NCBI RefSeq assembly: GCF_002087085.1
Contig: NZ_MWQY01000008.1
Location: 124,001-188,000 of the forward strand
Length of the DNA stretch: 64,000 bases
Reading direction: 5' to 3'
The notes under the pieces are model-generated. The model saw only the letters and a program-made list of their open reading frames with translations, searched no databases and was not told the origin of the DNA. The position numbers and the translations under genes were made by a program. This document shows, in pieces, positions 1 to 10,621 of the stretch (position 1 is the stretch's first letter; every line of letters starts with the position of its first letter).

Positions 1-11
1 GAGGTCCTACA

Positions 12-521
12 ATGAGGCAGTCTTCATCCGACAACAACATGAATCGCTTAAAGTATCTATCCAAAAAGATCGAGGACGGAGAATCTGTGGTGGCGGGCGT
101 CTGCCTCATTGCTTCGACCTCCCTTATCTTTCTGGCGGCGGTTGTACGGTCGTTCTCGCGGCCCATCAACTGGTCGCTGGATATATCCCTTTTTCTGTTT
201 TCCTGGGCCGTATTTTTCAGTGCCGACGTGGCTTACCGGGACAACAAGCTGGTCAACCTTGATTTCTTTCAGGCCAGACTCTCTGACAACATGCGGCGCA
301 TCCTGTCGCTGGTCATCCATCTGATCATCCTTGTATTCCTGCTGGCCCTGGTCTACTACGGAATCATCCTGGCCTATAAAACCCGGGAACGGGCGTTTCA
401 GGGAATTCCCAACTTCAGCTACTCCTATATAACCATGAGTCTTCCCGTGGGGGCATTGCTTCTGCTTCGTTCCACGGTGGAGAAGATTATTACACTCTTT
501 CGTAAAGACGGGGGTCAGTGA
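12..521 (+). CDS. TRAP transporter small permease (DctQ-like)
   Basis: About 4 hydrophobic segments, WSLDISLFLFSW motif; stop overlaps the large permease start. True start may be slightly downstream. Confidence 0.85.
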   Translation: MRQSSSDNNMNRLKYLSKKIEDGESVVAGVCLIASTSLIFLAAVVRSFSRPINWSLDISLFLFSWAVFFSADVAYRDNKLVNLDFFQARLSDNMRRILSLVIHLIILVFLLALVYYGIILAYKTRERAFQGIPNFSYSYITMSLPVGALLLLRSTVEKIITLFRKDGGQ

Positions 522-1804
522 TGCTTGTAGTAGCCGTCGTATTTCTGTTTTTCCTGGCCATCGGCATGCCCGTGGCCTTTGCCATCGGCATTTCCGGGGT
601 CATGTTCTTTCTGCAGCACCCGGAACTCCCCTTTACCATGATTGCCCAGCTCCCGGTATCCCAGACCCAGACCGTGCCCATGCTGGCAATCCCGCTTTTC
701 ATATTTGCCGGGAACCTGATGAATGCCACCGGAATCACCTCCAGGCTCGTGAAACTCTCCACCCTGCTTACCGGACATATGAAGGGCGGCCTGGCCCAGG
801 TGAGTGTCGTTTTGAGTACCCTGATGGGGGGAGTCTCCGGATCGGCCACTGCCGACGCGGCCATGGAAGCCCGTATACTCGGTCCAGGCATGCTCAAGCG
901 GGGATACTCCAAGGGCTATACCGCCAGTGTAATCGGCTTTACATCTCTTATAACCGCGACCATTCCCCCGGGAATCGGCATAATCATATACGGTACCGTA
1001 GGAGAGGTATCCATCGGCCGCCTCTTTGCTGCGGGACTCATGGTGGGATTCCTGATGATGGTCGTAATGATGGGAACAGTCGCGGTAACAGCAAGAATCC
1101 GTAAATGGAAGCCCGAGAGGGAAAAAAAGGCAAGCATCAGGGAGATATTCGAGTCCCTGGCCGATACGATCTGGGCCCTCGTATTCCCTATCCTGCTCCT
1201 CGTGGGTATCCGCTTCGGACTTTTTACACCTTCGGAGGTCGGCGCCTTCGCCTGCGTATACGCGGTTCTGGTGGGAGTTTTCGTCTACAAGGAATTTACC
1301 TGGGAACGCCTCAAGGAGACCATGCATCACACCATTCGCGACATCGGTGCCATAATGTTTATCATCTCCCTGTCGGGGATCTTCGGCTACGGCATCCCCA
1401 TAGACCGGGTTCCGCAGATGCTGACCAGGTTCATCTCCGGCGTATCCCTGAACCCCTCGGTGGTACTCCTCATGATAATCGGTTTCCTGATTATCGTCGG
1501 AATGATAATGGAAGGCTCCGTGGCCATTCTGCTTTTGACGCCCATTCTTCTGCCCATGGTGGAGGAACTCGGTGTCGATCCGGTTCACTTCGGACTGATC
1601 ATGTGCTCGGTTATAACCATGGGACTTCTTACCCCGCCCATCGGTATATCCATGTACACGGTCTGCTCCATTCTGGAGTGCCCCACAAAGGAGTATCTGC
1701 GGGAGTTCATGGTCTTCCTGGTGGCCTTCGTAATCTACATTGTGATTCTCGTCTTTTTACCTGATGTGGTACTTTTTGTACCAAGGATACTGTATGGCAG
1801 CTGA
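518..1804 (+). CDS. TRAP transporter large permease (DctM-like)
   Basis: LAIPLFIFAGNLMN, GGVSGSATADAA, GLFTPSEVGA and GLLTPPIG DctM motifs. Confidence 0.92.
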   Translation: MMLVVAVVFLFFLAIGMPVAFAIGISGVMFFLQHPELPFTMIAQLPVSQTQTVPMLAIPLFIFAGNLMNATGITSRLVKLSTLLTGHMKGGLAQVSVVLSTLMGGVSGSATADAAMEARILGPGMLKRGYSKGYTASVIGFTSLITATIPPGIGIIIYGTVGEVSIGRLFAAGLMVGFLMMVVMMGTVAVTARIRKWKPEREKKASIREIFESLADTIWALVFPILLLVGIRFGLFTPSEVGAFACVYAVLVGVFVYKEFTWERLKETMHHTIRDIGAIMFIISLSGIFGYGIPIDRVPQMLTRFISGVSLNPSVVLLMIIGFLIIVGMIMEGSVAILLLTPILLPMVEELGVDPVHFGLIMCSVITMGLLTPPIGISMYTVCSILECPTKEYLREFMVFLVAFVIYIVILVFLPDVVLFVPRILYGS

Positions 1805-2561
1805 TACAATTGCCGAAGCAAAATTGCTGGCAGAAAAGATTACAATCGTTACCGGCGCGGCCCGCGGAATCGGGGCCGCCATTGCCAGACGCTTTGCCGC
1901 CGCCGGATCGCTGGTTATTGCAGTCGACCTGGAAGAGCCCTCTGAGCTTGTCTTTTCCATCGAAGCGGAAGGGGGACAGGCGGTTCCCGTGGCCCTGGAT
2001 GTAACGGACCATGGTATGGTGGAACGTACCATTCAGCAGCTCGCCGCGGAGTACGCCCCCTGTGACATACTGGTGAACAATGCCGGTATCATCGCCAGGG
2101 AGACCATAGAAAACCTGAGCCACGAGAAGTGGCTTTCAGTAATGGATGTAAACCTCAACGGGGCCTTCAATATGTGCAAGGCGGTTGTTCCCTACATGCA
2201 GGAGCGTAAATCAGGATCCATCCTGAACATCACCTCCATTGCCGGTAAAATGGGCGACATCACCGCCTCCCCGGCCTACGGAACCTCCAAGGGAGCGGTC
2301 AATACCCTTACCCGCTCTCTGGCCCGCCAGCTGGCGGAATACTCCATAACGGTCAACGCCGTTGCTCCCCATGCGGTGGAAACGGACATGAGCGCGGAAT
2401 GGTCACAGGAAAAGCGCAGAGCGGTTATAGAGTCCATCCCCTTGAAGCGTCTCGCCCGGCCGGAGGAGATTGCCGACGCGGCCCTTTTCCTCGTCTCCCC
2501 CGGCGCCCGTTTTATTACCGGAGAGGTACTCAACGTCAACGGCGGAGCATTGATGGATTGA
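1794..2561 (+). CDS. SDR family NAD(P)-dependent oxidoreductase
   Basis: TGAARGIG, NNAG and YGTSK motifs; start set at the ATG at 1794 (the ORF track starts at 1764, deeper inside dctM). Confidence 0.9.
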   Translation: MAADTIAEAKLLAEKITIVTGAARGIGAAIARRFAAAGSLVIAVDLEEPSELVFSIEAEGGQAVPVALDVTDHGMVERTIQQLAAEYAPCDILVNNAGIIARETIENLSHEKWLSVMDVNLNGAFNMCKAVVPYMQERKSGSILNITSIAGKMGDITASPAYGTSKGAVNTLTRSLARQLAEYSITVNAVAPHAVETDMSAEWSQEKRRAVIESIPLKRLARPEEIADAALFLVSPGARFITGEVLNVNGGALMD

Positions 2562-2566
2562 ATCCT

Positions 2567-3187
2567 TCACAGTACGCCGAGCTTCGGGAGCCATTCCTTA
2601 AGTCCCTGCATGATCATCTCCACCGCGAAGGTCCCAATAACGATGGAGGTGATCCTGCCGGCGATTTCCGTATAGCGCTCGATGAGTTTTTCGTTCTTCG
2701 GCCGGACATAGTCGTGAACAATTCTCAAGAGCATCATGACCCCTATGCAGATGACCATGGCGACTATTATGGCCAGCACCGCGAGCACGCTCTGCAGTCG
2801 CTGTCCGGCAAGAACGCTGATGCTGATGGTTCCCGGTCCTATCATGATGGGCATGGCGATGGCCCCGGCGATATATTCCGATTCGCCCCTGAGGCCTTCA
2901 ATGGCGGAGTTGCCGTGAAACACGAACTGGATACCGATTAAAAGAAAGATGACCCCGCCGAATATCTGAAACGAGGCAAAATCGGCCTGAAGGAACCTGG
3001 CGAAAATGGCATCTCCCAGAACGGCGAAAATACTGAACACAACGGTGGAAATCAGTCCCGCCCGGACAAGAACGGACAGAAACCTGGGCCGGGACAGCTT
3101 GTTTATTACATCCACCAGATAGACAATTACAAGAAAGGGGTTCAGGAGAATCAGGATTAAAAGAGTTGTCTGGATAAAGGTATGCAT
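2567..3187 (-). CDS. MarC family membrane protein
   Basis: ILLNPF start, FQIFGGVIFLLIG, MPIMIGPGTIS. Confidence 0.85.
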   Translation of the reverse strand: MHTFIQTTLLILILLNPFLVIVYLVDVINKLSRPRFLSVLVRAGLISTVVFSIFAVLGDAIFARFLQADFASFQIFGGVIFLLIGIQFVFHGNSAIEGLRGESEYIAGAIAMPIMIGPGTISISVLAGQRLQSVLAVLAIIVAMVICIGVMMLLRIVHDYVRPKNEKLIERYTEIAGRITSIVIGTFAVEMIMQGLKEWLPKLGVL

Positions 3188-3312
3188 ACCGGATCAGTGT
3201 AGCAATCCCCGGATAAGATGTTAAGGGAAGGGCGTTATTTTCCCCTTCTTCGCTTGACCAAGGGAAAAGGGGCATGCTGTAATATTTAAAACTTTCATTT
3301 TAGGATACAAAC

Positions 3313-4122
3313 ATGGCGAATTACCGTTATTTTCTGTCAATTCAGACCCTGCTGCCCGACAATTATCGCAATAACCGGGATTTTATCGACAACATGAAGA
3401 CCCTGCAGGAAGAAGGTTTCGACGGAGTGGAACTGAATATCCGGGATCCCTTCAGTATCGATCCGGCGGACCTGAAGAGTTTTCTGGGCGATTTCGGCCT
3501 GCAGCTCGCCATGTTCGCCTCCGGGGCAACAGCCAAGGGGATGGGACTGTCTCTGGCCTCAACAGATGATAAACAACGCAGCGAGTCGGTCAGGCAGAGC
3601 ATAGCCTTCCTCGAGTTCGCCTCCCGGTTCGGTGCCGGGGTTATAGCCGGCTTCCTGAAAGGGCCCCTGGAGCACAGGAGCCCGGAAAACAGGGAACAGC
3701 TTCGTCAGTCGGTCAGTGAGCTCGCTCCCCATGCCCTGCGCCTCAAGACCCCTCTTCTGCTTGAGGCCATCAACCGCTTTGAATCACCTTTAGGAAACTC
3801 CCTGGATGACACCTTCGACCTGATCGGAAAAGCGGCGAACCCCTACACCTGGATTCTTCCGGATACCTGGCACATGAACATCGAAGAGACCAGCATGGCC
3901 GGAGCCATGATGAAGCACCGGGAACATTTCGGGTCCTTCCATCTGTCGGAGAATAACCGCTTCTTTCCCGGATACGGTGCCCTGGATTTCAAGCAGATCA
4001 TCGAAGTCCTGGACGCCTGCGGCTATACCGGGAAACTGGCAATCGAAGGTAATATAAAAAAGAGCTTCCGGGAGGACGTACAGCATTCCATGCGCTTCCT
4101 GAAGCCACTGCTGGAAAAATAG
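3313..4122 (+). CDS. Sugar phosphate isomerase/epimerase (xylose isomerase-like TIM barrel)
   Basis: GFDGVEL, LLEAINRFE, DTWHMNIEE, HLSENNRFFPGYG metal-binding motifs. Confidence 0.88.
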   Translation: MANYRYFLSIQTLLPDNYRNNRDFIDNMKTLQEEGFDGVELNIRDPFSIDPADLKSFLGDFGLQLAMFASGATAKGMGLSLASTDDKQRSESVRQSIAFLEFASRFGAGVIAGFLKGPLEHRSPENREQLRQSVSELAPHALRLKTPLLLEAINRFESPLGNSLDDTFDLIGKAANPYTWILPDTWHMNIEETSMAGAMMKHREHFGSFHLSENNRFFPGYGALDFKQIIEVLDACGYTGKLAIEGNIKKSFREDVQHSMRFLKPLLEK

Positions 4123-4143
4123 AAAAGCTTTAAAGGAGTATAC

Positions 4144-5154
4144 ATGAAGGTTCTTGTTATCGGTGGAACCGGCGTTATAAGCCGGGAACTGGTCCGCCAG
4201 CTTGCAGAGGGAGGAATGGAGACCACCATCGTCAACCGCGGACAGCGGAGCGTGGTTCTTCCCCGGGGCGTGGAAACACTGCAGATGGACAGAAACAACA
4301 AGGAGGGCTTTGCGAAGCTCTTTGAAAACAAAAGGTATGACGCGGTCATCGACATGGTAGCCTTTGAGGAGGAGGAAGCCCGACAGACCGTCGATGTATT
4401 CCGGGACAAAACCGACCAGATCATGATTGTCTCCTCCGTGGCGGCCTACGAACGGCCCATCCGACCCGTACCGACCAGGGAAGACCAGGTCAGCCTGTGG
4501 AAGACCGACACAGGCTACACCTACGGCTACAAGAAAGCGGTGCTGGAACGCTATCTGAACACCGAAAGCGAAGCCGGGGTTCCCATTACCATTATCCGAC
4601 CCTCCCTGACCTTCGGCGACGGGGCCCGCAACGTAGGTGCCCTGCGGCAGAACATGGGCATCATCGAAAGAATCCGTCAGGGAAAGCCCCTTGTAATGTT
4701 CGGCGACGGTATTCACCCCTGGAGTTTTACCTTTACCCCCGATCTGGCGCGCATGATGATCCGCCTGCTGGGAAACAGCAGGGCCATCGGCGAAGCCTTT
4801 CACCTGGTGAGCCAGGAACAGAACAACTGGCTGGACCTTTACTACGGCTTTGGAAAACTCGTCGACAGGGAACCGGAACTCGTTCACATCCCCTCTCCGG
4901 TACTCTACCGGCAGAATCCCGCCCTTTTCGGGCATATCTATTTTGAGAAGTCCCACTCCGGCTACTTTTCCAACGAGAAGTACCTCGATGCCACGGGGGA
5001 TGATTTTACCGGCATGAGCCTGGATGAGGGACTGGCTCAGCTGAAGGATTCCTGGGAACGGGACGGCCTCACGGTGGACCCCGAACTGGACGCCCTGGAA
5101 GACAGCATGATAGAGGCGGTCAGCCGGGGATACGAGGCCCTGAACGCTTTATAG
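4144..5154 (+). CDS. NAD-dependent epimerase/dehydratase
   Basis: VIGGTGVIS Rossmann motif, YGYKK catalytic motif, IIRPSLTFG. Confidence 0.85.
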   Translation: MKVLVIGGTGVISRELVRQLAEGGMETTIVNRGQRSVVLPRGVETLQMDRNNKEGFAKLFENKRYDAVIDMVAFEEEEARQTVDVFRDKTDQIMIVSSVAAYERPIRPVPTREDQVSLWKTDTGYTYGYKKAVLERYLNTESEAGVPITIIRPSLTFGDGARNVGALRQNMGIIERIRQGKPLVMFGDGIHPWSFTFTPDLARMMIRLLGNSRAIGEAFHLVSQEQNNWLDLYYGFGKLVDREPELVHIPSPVLYRQNPALFGHIYFEKSHSGYFSNEKYLDATGDDFTGMSLDEGLAQLKDSWERDGLTVDPELDALEDSMIEAVSRGYEALNAL

Positions 5155-5232
5155 GAAGGTAAAAGGGTACATCAGTCTGAATCTCCAGGGGGAATTGCCA
5201 TCCGACCGCCCCCTGGAGTACATTAAACATAT

Positions 5233-5916
5233 ATGTGGAATGTAATTCTCAGCCAGGAACTGACCCTTCCGGTCATTGCCGTTCGCCTCGTTCTCAGTTT
5301 TATCGCCGGAGGCATAATCGGTGCGGAAAGGGAGCGGCGCACCACCCCCGCCGGCCTTCGTACCCATATACTCATCTGTACCGGGGCGACCCTTCTGATG
5401 CTTGTCTCCATCCATATCGGCTCGGGGAGCGGAGACCCGGGACGAATCGCAGCCCAGGTTGTCTCCGGAATAGGTTTTCTGGGGGCCGGGGCCATCATGC
5501 GCTTTGGCGCGACGGTACAGGGGCTGACCAGCGCCGCCTCAATCTGGGCCATCGCCGCCCTGGGACTCAGCATAGGTGCGGGATACTTCTTTGCCGCCGG
5601 AATTTTTACCCTGCTTCTGCTGATAGCCCTGATAATTCTGGACTGGATAGAAAAACGCTACATGCCCCACAGAGCCTTACGGGCAATCTATATCGTGCAG
5701 AAAGGACAGAATTTCAATATCGATCCCTATCGAAAAACCCTGGAAAAATACAATATTGAATTGAAACATTTCGAAATCTCCTTCTCCAAGGACAAGATGC
5801 AGACCACCCTGAAGCTGGTGGCCAGGGTACCTCTGAACCTGAATCTCGCCGCAATGGCGGAGGAGATAAGCGCCAGGAAGCGGCTTATTAAATTCCGTAT
5901 TAATCAGGATCTCTGA
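5233..5916 (+). CDS. MgtC/SapB family protein
   Basis: IGAERE..PAGLRTH, DPGRIAAQVVSGIGFLGAG, GLTSAASIW. Confidence 0.92.
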   Translation: MWNVILSQELTLPVIAVRLVLSFIAGGIIGAERERRTTPAGLRTHILICTGATLLMLVSIHIGSGSGDPGRIAAQVVSGIGFLGAGAIMRFGATVQGLTSAASIWAIAALGLSIGAGYFFAAGIFTLLLLIALIILDWIEKRYMPHRALRAIYIVQKGQNFNIDPYRKTLEKYNIELKHFEISFSKDKMQTTLKLVARVPLNLNLAAMAEEISARKRLIKFRINQDL

Positions 5917-6045
5917 TTTCCTTGAAATTTTAATCCATAAAACGACATAAACAAATGCTTTGTACTTTTTCTTTCATGCCAAAATAGTAGGATCATAATA
6001 ACTGAGCTTTTTTCACATTAAGTGAAAACATATTTATAAAAAAGG

Positions 6046-6103
6046 TTGACAGGTGCAAAAACGTGAAGTAGCATGGATCTGGATATTGGATCCAATATCC
6101 AGA
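6046..6103 (+). promoter_or_regulatory. Sigma70-type promoter with overlapping palindromic operator for the tartrate TRAP operon
   Basis: TTGACA (6046-6051), 17 nt, TAGCAT (6069-6074), then a perfect 26-bp palindrome TCTGGATATTGGA|TCCAATATCCAGA (6078-6103). Confidence 0.8.
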
Positions 6104-6131
6104 AAATCAACCGTTACAAAGGAGTAAGCGT

Positions 6132-7148
6132 ATGTTGAAAAGAATTTTAAAGTTAGCAATGGTGTCCTTGTGCCTGTTCCTCATAACAGGAATCCCTCTC
6201 CTTGCTGAAGGTCAAAAGGATGGGGCAGATGAAAAACCGATTACCCTTAAGTTAGGGCATGTAGCACCTGAATCAGAGCCCTATCATTTAGCAGCAGTAA
6301 AATTTGCAGAGCTGGTTGAAGAGCGTACTGACGGAATGGTCAAGATTAATATCTTTCCTAACAGCCAGTTGGGTGCTCAGAGAGATATGATCGAAGGACT
6401 GCAGATGGGAACCGTAGATATTACTCTTACCACTTCAGCGGTCCTGGCAAACTTTGTCCCGACATCTCAGGTCATCGAGCTGCCTTTTATGTTCAGAAGC
6501 CGTGATCATGTCTACTCCGTAGTCGATGGCCCATTGGCAAAGGAGATCTATAAAGGGGCTGAGGATCAGGGTCTTAAAGTGATCAGCACATGGGAGAATG
6601 GTTTCCGCAATATTACAAATAACGTTCGGCCTGTAAGTACACCTTCTGATATGGATGGAATCAAGATACGAGTTATGGAAAACCAGATGTACATCGATAT
6701 GTTCAACGCCCTTGGAGCAAATCCTGTTCCCATCGCTCGTAGTGAACTCTTCACAGCCCTTCAGCAGGGTACAGTTGACGCTCAGGAAAACCCGATGGGA
6801 CAAATCTACTCCTCCAGGTTCTATGAGGTACAGGATTATGTAACCCTGAGTCGGCATACCTATTCACCTGAAGTCGTTGTTTTCAGTCTGAAGAATTGGA
6901 ATAAAATTCCTTCAGAATACCAGTCGATCATCCTGAAGGCTGCCGAGGAAGCCCGGGATTACTGTCGGAAAATGAAGATCGAAAAAGATGACGAATTTAT
7001 CGAAGGAGTAAAAAAGGAAGGTATGCAGGTTACTGAATTAACTCCTGAGCAGGTTTCAATGTTCCAGGACAAAATGAAACCCGTATGGACCAAGTATTAC
7101 AAAGTGATCGGCGAGGACCTCATTCAGAAGGTTTATAATTACCGGTAA
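6132..7148 (+). CDS. dctP: TRAP transporter substrate-binding protein (DctP family)
   Basis: Signal peptide, FPNSQLG, WENGFRNITNN, LQQGTVDAQENP. Confidence 0.92.
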   Translation: MLKRILKLAMVSLCLFLITGIPLLAEGQKDGADEKPITLKLGHVAPESEPYHLAAVKFAELVEERTDGMVKINIFPNSQLGAQRDMIEGLQMGTVDITLTTSAVLANFVPTSQVIELPFMFRSRDHVYSVVDGPLAKEIYKGAEDQGLKVISTWENGFRNITNNVRPVSTPSDMDGIKIRVMENQMYIDMFNALGANPVPIARSELFTALQQGTVDAQENPMGQIYSSRFYEVQDYVTLSRHTYSPEVVVFSLKNWNKIPSEYQSIILKAAEEARDYCRKMKIEKDDEFIEGVKKEGMQVTELTPEQVSMFQDKMKPVWTKYYKVIGEDLIQKVYNYR

Positions 7149-7166
7149 TCTATAGTACACCAAAAT

Positions 7167-7198
7167 GAAAAAGGGACGATCGTCTTCGTCCCTTTTTC
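7167..7198 (+). terminator. Stem-loop between dctP and dctQ (partial terminator or mRNA stabiliser)
   Basis: GAAAAAGGGACGA, 6-nt loop, TCGTCCCTTTTTC. Confidence 0.6.
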
Positions 7199-7209
7199 TA
7201 TAAAAGGAG

Positions 7210-7719
7210 ATGCAGTACATGCATAAGTTTAAGAATTTTGTAGATACTGTGGATAGAGTTGCTACCTGGCTGACATACCTGACGGTGACAGTAATGGTGG
7301 GCATGGTAGCCATGCAAGTCTTCACCCGCTATTTATTACATAATTCATTCAGTTTTACAGAAGAGCTTGCCCGATACATGTTTATTTGGTCCGTTGCTCT
7401 TGGCTCTGCCTTGGCATTGAAAGAAAGAAAACATGTTGCTGTAACTGTAGTTGTCAGCATGTTTCCCAGTAAAATCGAGAGGATAGTCCGATCCATGGCG
7501 GATGCCCTGGCCGTCATCTTCTTCATTTTGCTTCTTGTCTTCGGGATTGTCATGGTATTCAACACCCGCATGCAGACAACGCCTGGATTGGGAATAAGTA
7601 TTGCATTTGTCTATCTGGCTATTCCTGTCTCTGCAGTTATTTTAATTATCGACGGTATATACAACGCGTTAATTGATTTTGCAGGAGAGGAGAAGACATC
7701 CAGCGAGGGGGAAGAATAA
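7210..7719 (+). CDS. dctQ: TRAP transporter small permease
   Basis: QVFTRY..SFTEELARYMFIW; 4 hydrophobic segments. Confidence 0.9.
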   Translation: MQYMHKFKNFVDTVDRVATWLTYLTVTVMVGMVAMQVFTRYLLHNSFSFTEELARYMFIWSVALGSALALKERKHVAVTVVVSMFPSKIERIVRSMADALAVIFFILLLVFGIVMVFNTRMQTTPGLGISIAFVYLAIPVSAVILIIDGIYNALIDFAGEEKTSSEGEE

Positions 7720-9002
7720 TGATAGCATTGACACTATTCTCAACATTACTGATTTTTCTTTTACTTCGAGTACCTATTGCAGCCGCATTGGGGCTTTCTA
7801 CTGCGTTAGCAGTACTTCAGGCAGACTTGCCTTTGACGCTGATCGTTCAAAGGATGGTTGTTTCCAATGATTCATTTCCACTCATGGCAATACCGTTCTT
7901 TATTCTCGCAGGAAATGTAATGACCTATGGAGGTGTATCCCGCAGGATTGTAGCCTTTGCGGACACCCTTGTAGGCTGGATGACAGGAGGATTAGGTCTC
8001 GTTGCAACCGTTTCAGGTGTATTTTTCTCCGCCATATCGGGTTCCTCAGCTGCTACAACTGCTGCCGTTGGCTCGGTTCTGTTTCCGGAAATGGAGAAGA
8101 GAGGGTATGACCGATCATTCTCAGCCGCAATAGTCGCGGCTGCCGGGGAAACAGGGATTATTATTCCTCCCAGCGTAGTCATGGTTGTATATGGAGTTAT
8201 TGCCGGTGTGTCTATTGGAGACATGTTTCTCGGAGGTTTCGGGCCTGGCTTACTGATGGGTTTCTCGATGACAGTTCTAATTTACGTTCTATCCCGTAAA
8301 AAAGGACTGCAGAGTACATCGAAATTCGTCGGGTTCAAACAAGTTATAAAGTCTTTTTCAAGTGCAATCTGGGGATTGATGATGCCCGTAATAATCCTGG
8401 GAGGAATCTACGGCGGTATCTTTACTCCAACAGAAGCGGCTGTTGTAGCTGTACTATGGGGCATTTTTGTAGGATTTTTTATCTATAAAGATTTAAAAGC
8501 TGCAGATTTGCCTAAGATCCTGAGAAAATCGGCAATCGGAGCCGCAGTAATTATGTTCATAATGAATGCTGCGGGACTGTTCAGCTGGATTATCACCAGC
8601 GAACAGATTCCACACAAACTGGCACAATCATTTGTAGCAATATCTGGTGGCAGCGAAATAATCTTTCTCATGTTAATAAATGTTTTACTGCTCATTACCG
8701 GTACAATGATCAATGCCTCAGCGGCTATCACAATCCTGGCGCCCATTCTGGTTCCTGTTGCGATGACTTTCAATATAGATCTCGTGTTCTTTGGTGTATT
8801 GATGGTTGTCAACATGGCGATCGGATGCATCACCCCGCCTGTCGGTGTCGATCTGTTCGTTGCAACAACTATATCCGGAGTACCTATAGAAAAAATCGCT
8901 AAAGCGATTTTCCCATTCCTGGTTGTTTTGATTGTCGATTTGATTCTTATCACATATGTGCAGGATATCATTATGTGGCTGCCAAACATGTTCGGTGGCT
9001 GA
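7719..9002 (+). CDS. dctM: TRAP transporter large permease
   Basis: LMAIPFFILAG, SGSSAATTAA, GGIFTPTEAA, TPPVG. Confidence 0.92.
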   Translation: MIALTLFSTLLIFLLLRVPIAAALGLSTALAVLQADLPLTLIVQRMVVSNDSFPLMAIPFFILAGNVMTYGGVSRRIVAFADTLVGWMTGGLGLVATVSGVFFSAISGSSAATTAAVGSVLFPEMEKRGYDRSFSAAIVAAAGETGIIIPPSVVMVVYGVIAGVSIGDMFLGGFGPGLLMGFSMTVLIYVLSRKKGLQSTSKFVGFKQVIKSFSSAIWGLMMPVIILGGIYGGIFTPTEAAVVAVLWGIFVGFFIYKDLKAADLPKILRKSAIGAAVIMFIMNAAGLFSWIITSEQIPHKLAQSFVAISGGSEIIFLMLINVLLLITGTMINASAAITILAPILVPVAMTFNIDLVFFGVLMVVNMAIGCITPPVGVDLFVATTISGVPIEKIAKAIFPFLVVLIVDLILITYVQDIIMWLPNMFGG

Positions 9003-9028
9003 ACAATTTTCTTTATGCTTATTAAGGA

Positions 9029-9925
9029 GTGAATATGTTCGACAAAGAAAAGTTTACAGAAATTGTAAGCAATTTCGTTACCATGTCGGGGAAAATACTA
9101 CCCGATGATGTTACACAAAAGCTGGAAGAGCTAAAAAACGCCGAAACAGGTGAACTGGCCAAAACAGTATATAAATGTTACTTCGACAATCAGGAACTAG
9201 CACGTAAGCTATCCAGGCCCAGTTGTCAGGATACCGGGGTTATAAATTTCTATGTGAATGCAGGCGAGCATTTTCCCGCTTTAGGCCAGATTAACGATTG
9301 CCTGAAAGAAGCAGTCAGACGTTCGACAGCCGAAGCGCCCCTTCGCCACAATACGGTAGCAATCTTCGATGAAAAAAATGAAGGTACCAATGTCGGCGAG
9401 CGTGCTCCGTATATCCACTGGGAGATTGTTCCCGATAGCGATAAAATCGAAATAAAACCCTACATGTCCGGCGGCGGTTGCAGCCTGCCGGGAAGAGCGA
9501 TCACCTTGATGCCCTCCGCAGGCTACGAGGCTATTGTGCAGTATGTCTTCGATACAATCGTTGATTGGGGAATCAACGCATGTCCTCCTCTTCTGGTCGG
9601 CATTGGAATAGCGGGATCAGTTGAAAATGCTGCAGTTCTGTCAAAAAAAGCCCTGTTGAGGCCAATCGACGAACGTCATCCTAATCCAAAGGGTGCCCAA
9701 ATGGAAAAGGACCTGGAAAAAGGCCTGAACGAACTCGGATTAGGGCCGCAGGGAATATCAGGGAGATCCACCGTAATGGGAGTCCATATTGAAACTGCAG
9801 CGCGTCATCCGTCCACTATTTCAGTGGCTATCAATGTTGGATGCTGGTCCCATCGTTGGGGAGATATCATCATTGATAAGGATATGAATTATGAAATCAT
9901 CTCTCATAAGGGGGCTAAAATATGA
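9029..9925 (+). CDS. ttdA: L(+)-tartrate dehydratase alpha subunit (class I fumarase N-terminal family)
   Basis: [42 protein letters not shown] is the TtdA-type signature. Confidence 0.88.
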   Translation: MNMFDKEKFTEIVSNFVTMSGKILPDDVTQKLEELKNAETGELAKTVYKCYFDNQELARKLSRPSCQDTGVINFYVNAGEHFPALGQINDCLKEAVRRSTAEAPLRHNTVAIFDEKNEGTNVGERAPYIHWEIVPDSDKIEIKPYMSGGGCSLPGRAITLMPSAGYEAIVQYVFDTIVDWGINACPPLLVGIGIAGSVENAAVLSKKALLRPIDERHPNPKGAQMEKDLEKGLNELGLGPQGISGRSTVMGVHIETAARHPSTISVAINVGCWSHRWGDIIIDKDMNYEIISHKGAKI

Positions 9926-10530
9926 AGAAGATCCTGTCAACACCTGTTTCGGCCGAAGACCTCAAGGATATCAAGATAGGCGATATAATATATCTGAACG
10001 GAACGGTAGTAACATGCCGGGACGTTGCCCATCGCCGTCTGATTGAATACGGAAGAGAACTGCCGGTTGATCTTAAGGGCGGGTGCATTTTTCATGCAGG
10101 ACCGATCGTGAGAAAAAAAGGCGACGGAAAGTTCGAAATGGTTTCCATCGGCCCGACAACCAGCATGAGGATGGAAAAATTCGAAAAGGAATTCATCAAG
10201 GAGACCGGCGTAAAGGTTATCGTCGGTAAAGGCGGAATGGCCGAAAAAACTGCAGAAGGATGCCGGGAATACAAAGCCATCCACTGCGTTATACCTGCAG
10301 GCTGCGCTGTTATGGCTGCAGTGGAATTTGAAGAGATTATCGGAGCCGAATGGACAGACCTGGGCATGCCGGAGACACTGTGGATAAGCAGAGTAAAGGA
10401 ATTCGGCCCATTGATTGTTTCTATCGACGCCGAAGGAAATAATCTTTTTGAAAAAAACAAGAAAGTATTCAACAAGAGAAAAGAACAGCAGGTTAAAGAG
10501 ATTTCTGAAAAAGTCAGGTTCATAAAATAA
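9922..10530 (+). CDS. ttdB: L(+)-tartrate dehydratase beta subunit
   Basis: [38 protein letters not shown]. Confidence 0.88.
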   Translation: MKKILSTPVSAEDLKDIKIGDIIYLNGTVVTCRDVAHRRLIEYGRELPVDLKGGCIFHAGPIVRKKGDGKFEMVSIGPTTSMRMEKFEKEFIKETGVKVIVGKGGMAEKTAEGCREYKAIHCVIPAGCAVMAAVEFEEIIGAEWTDLGMPETLWISRVKEFGPLIVSIDAEGNNLFEKNKKVFNKRKEQQVKEISEKVRFIK

Positions 10531-10537
10531 GCCCTCG

Positions 10538-10572
10538 GCCGTGCTTCCAACGAATGAAGCACGGCAAATTTA
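10538..10572 (+). terminator. Stem-loop downstream of ttdB
   Basis: GCCGTGCTTC/GAAGCACGGC inverted repeat followed by an AT-rich tract. Confidence 0.55.
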
Positions 10573-10621
10573 TCTTTATTCTATGTAACATGTATGATAT
10601 ATTCCATCTCAGGAATAAGAT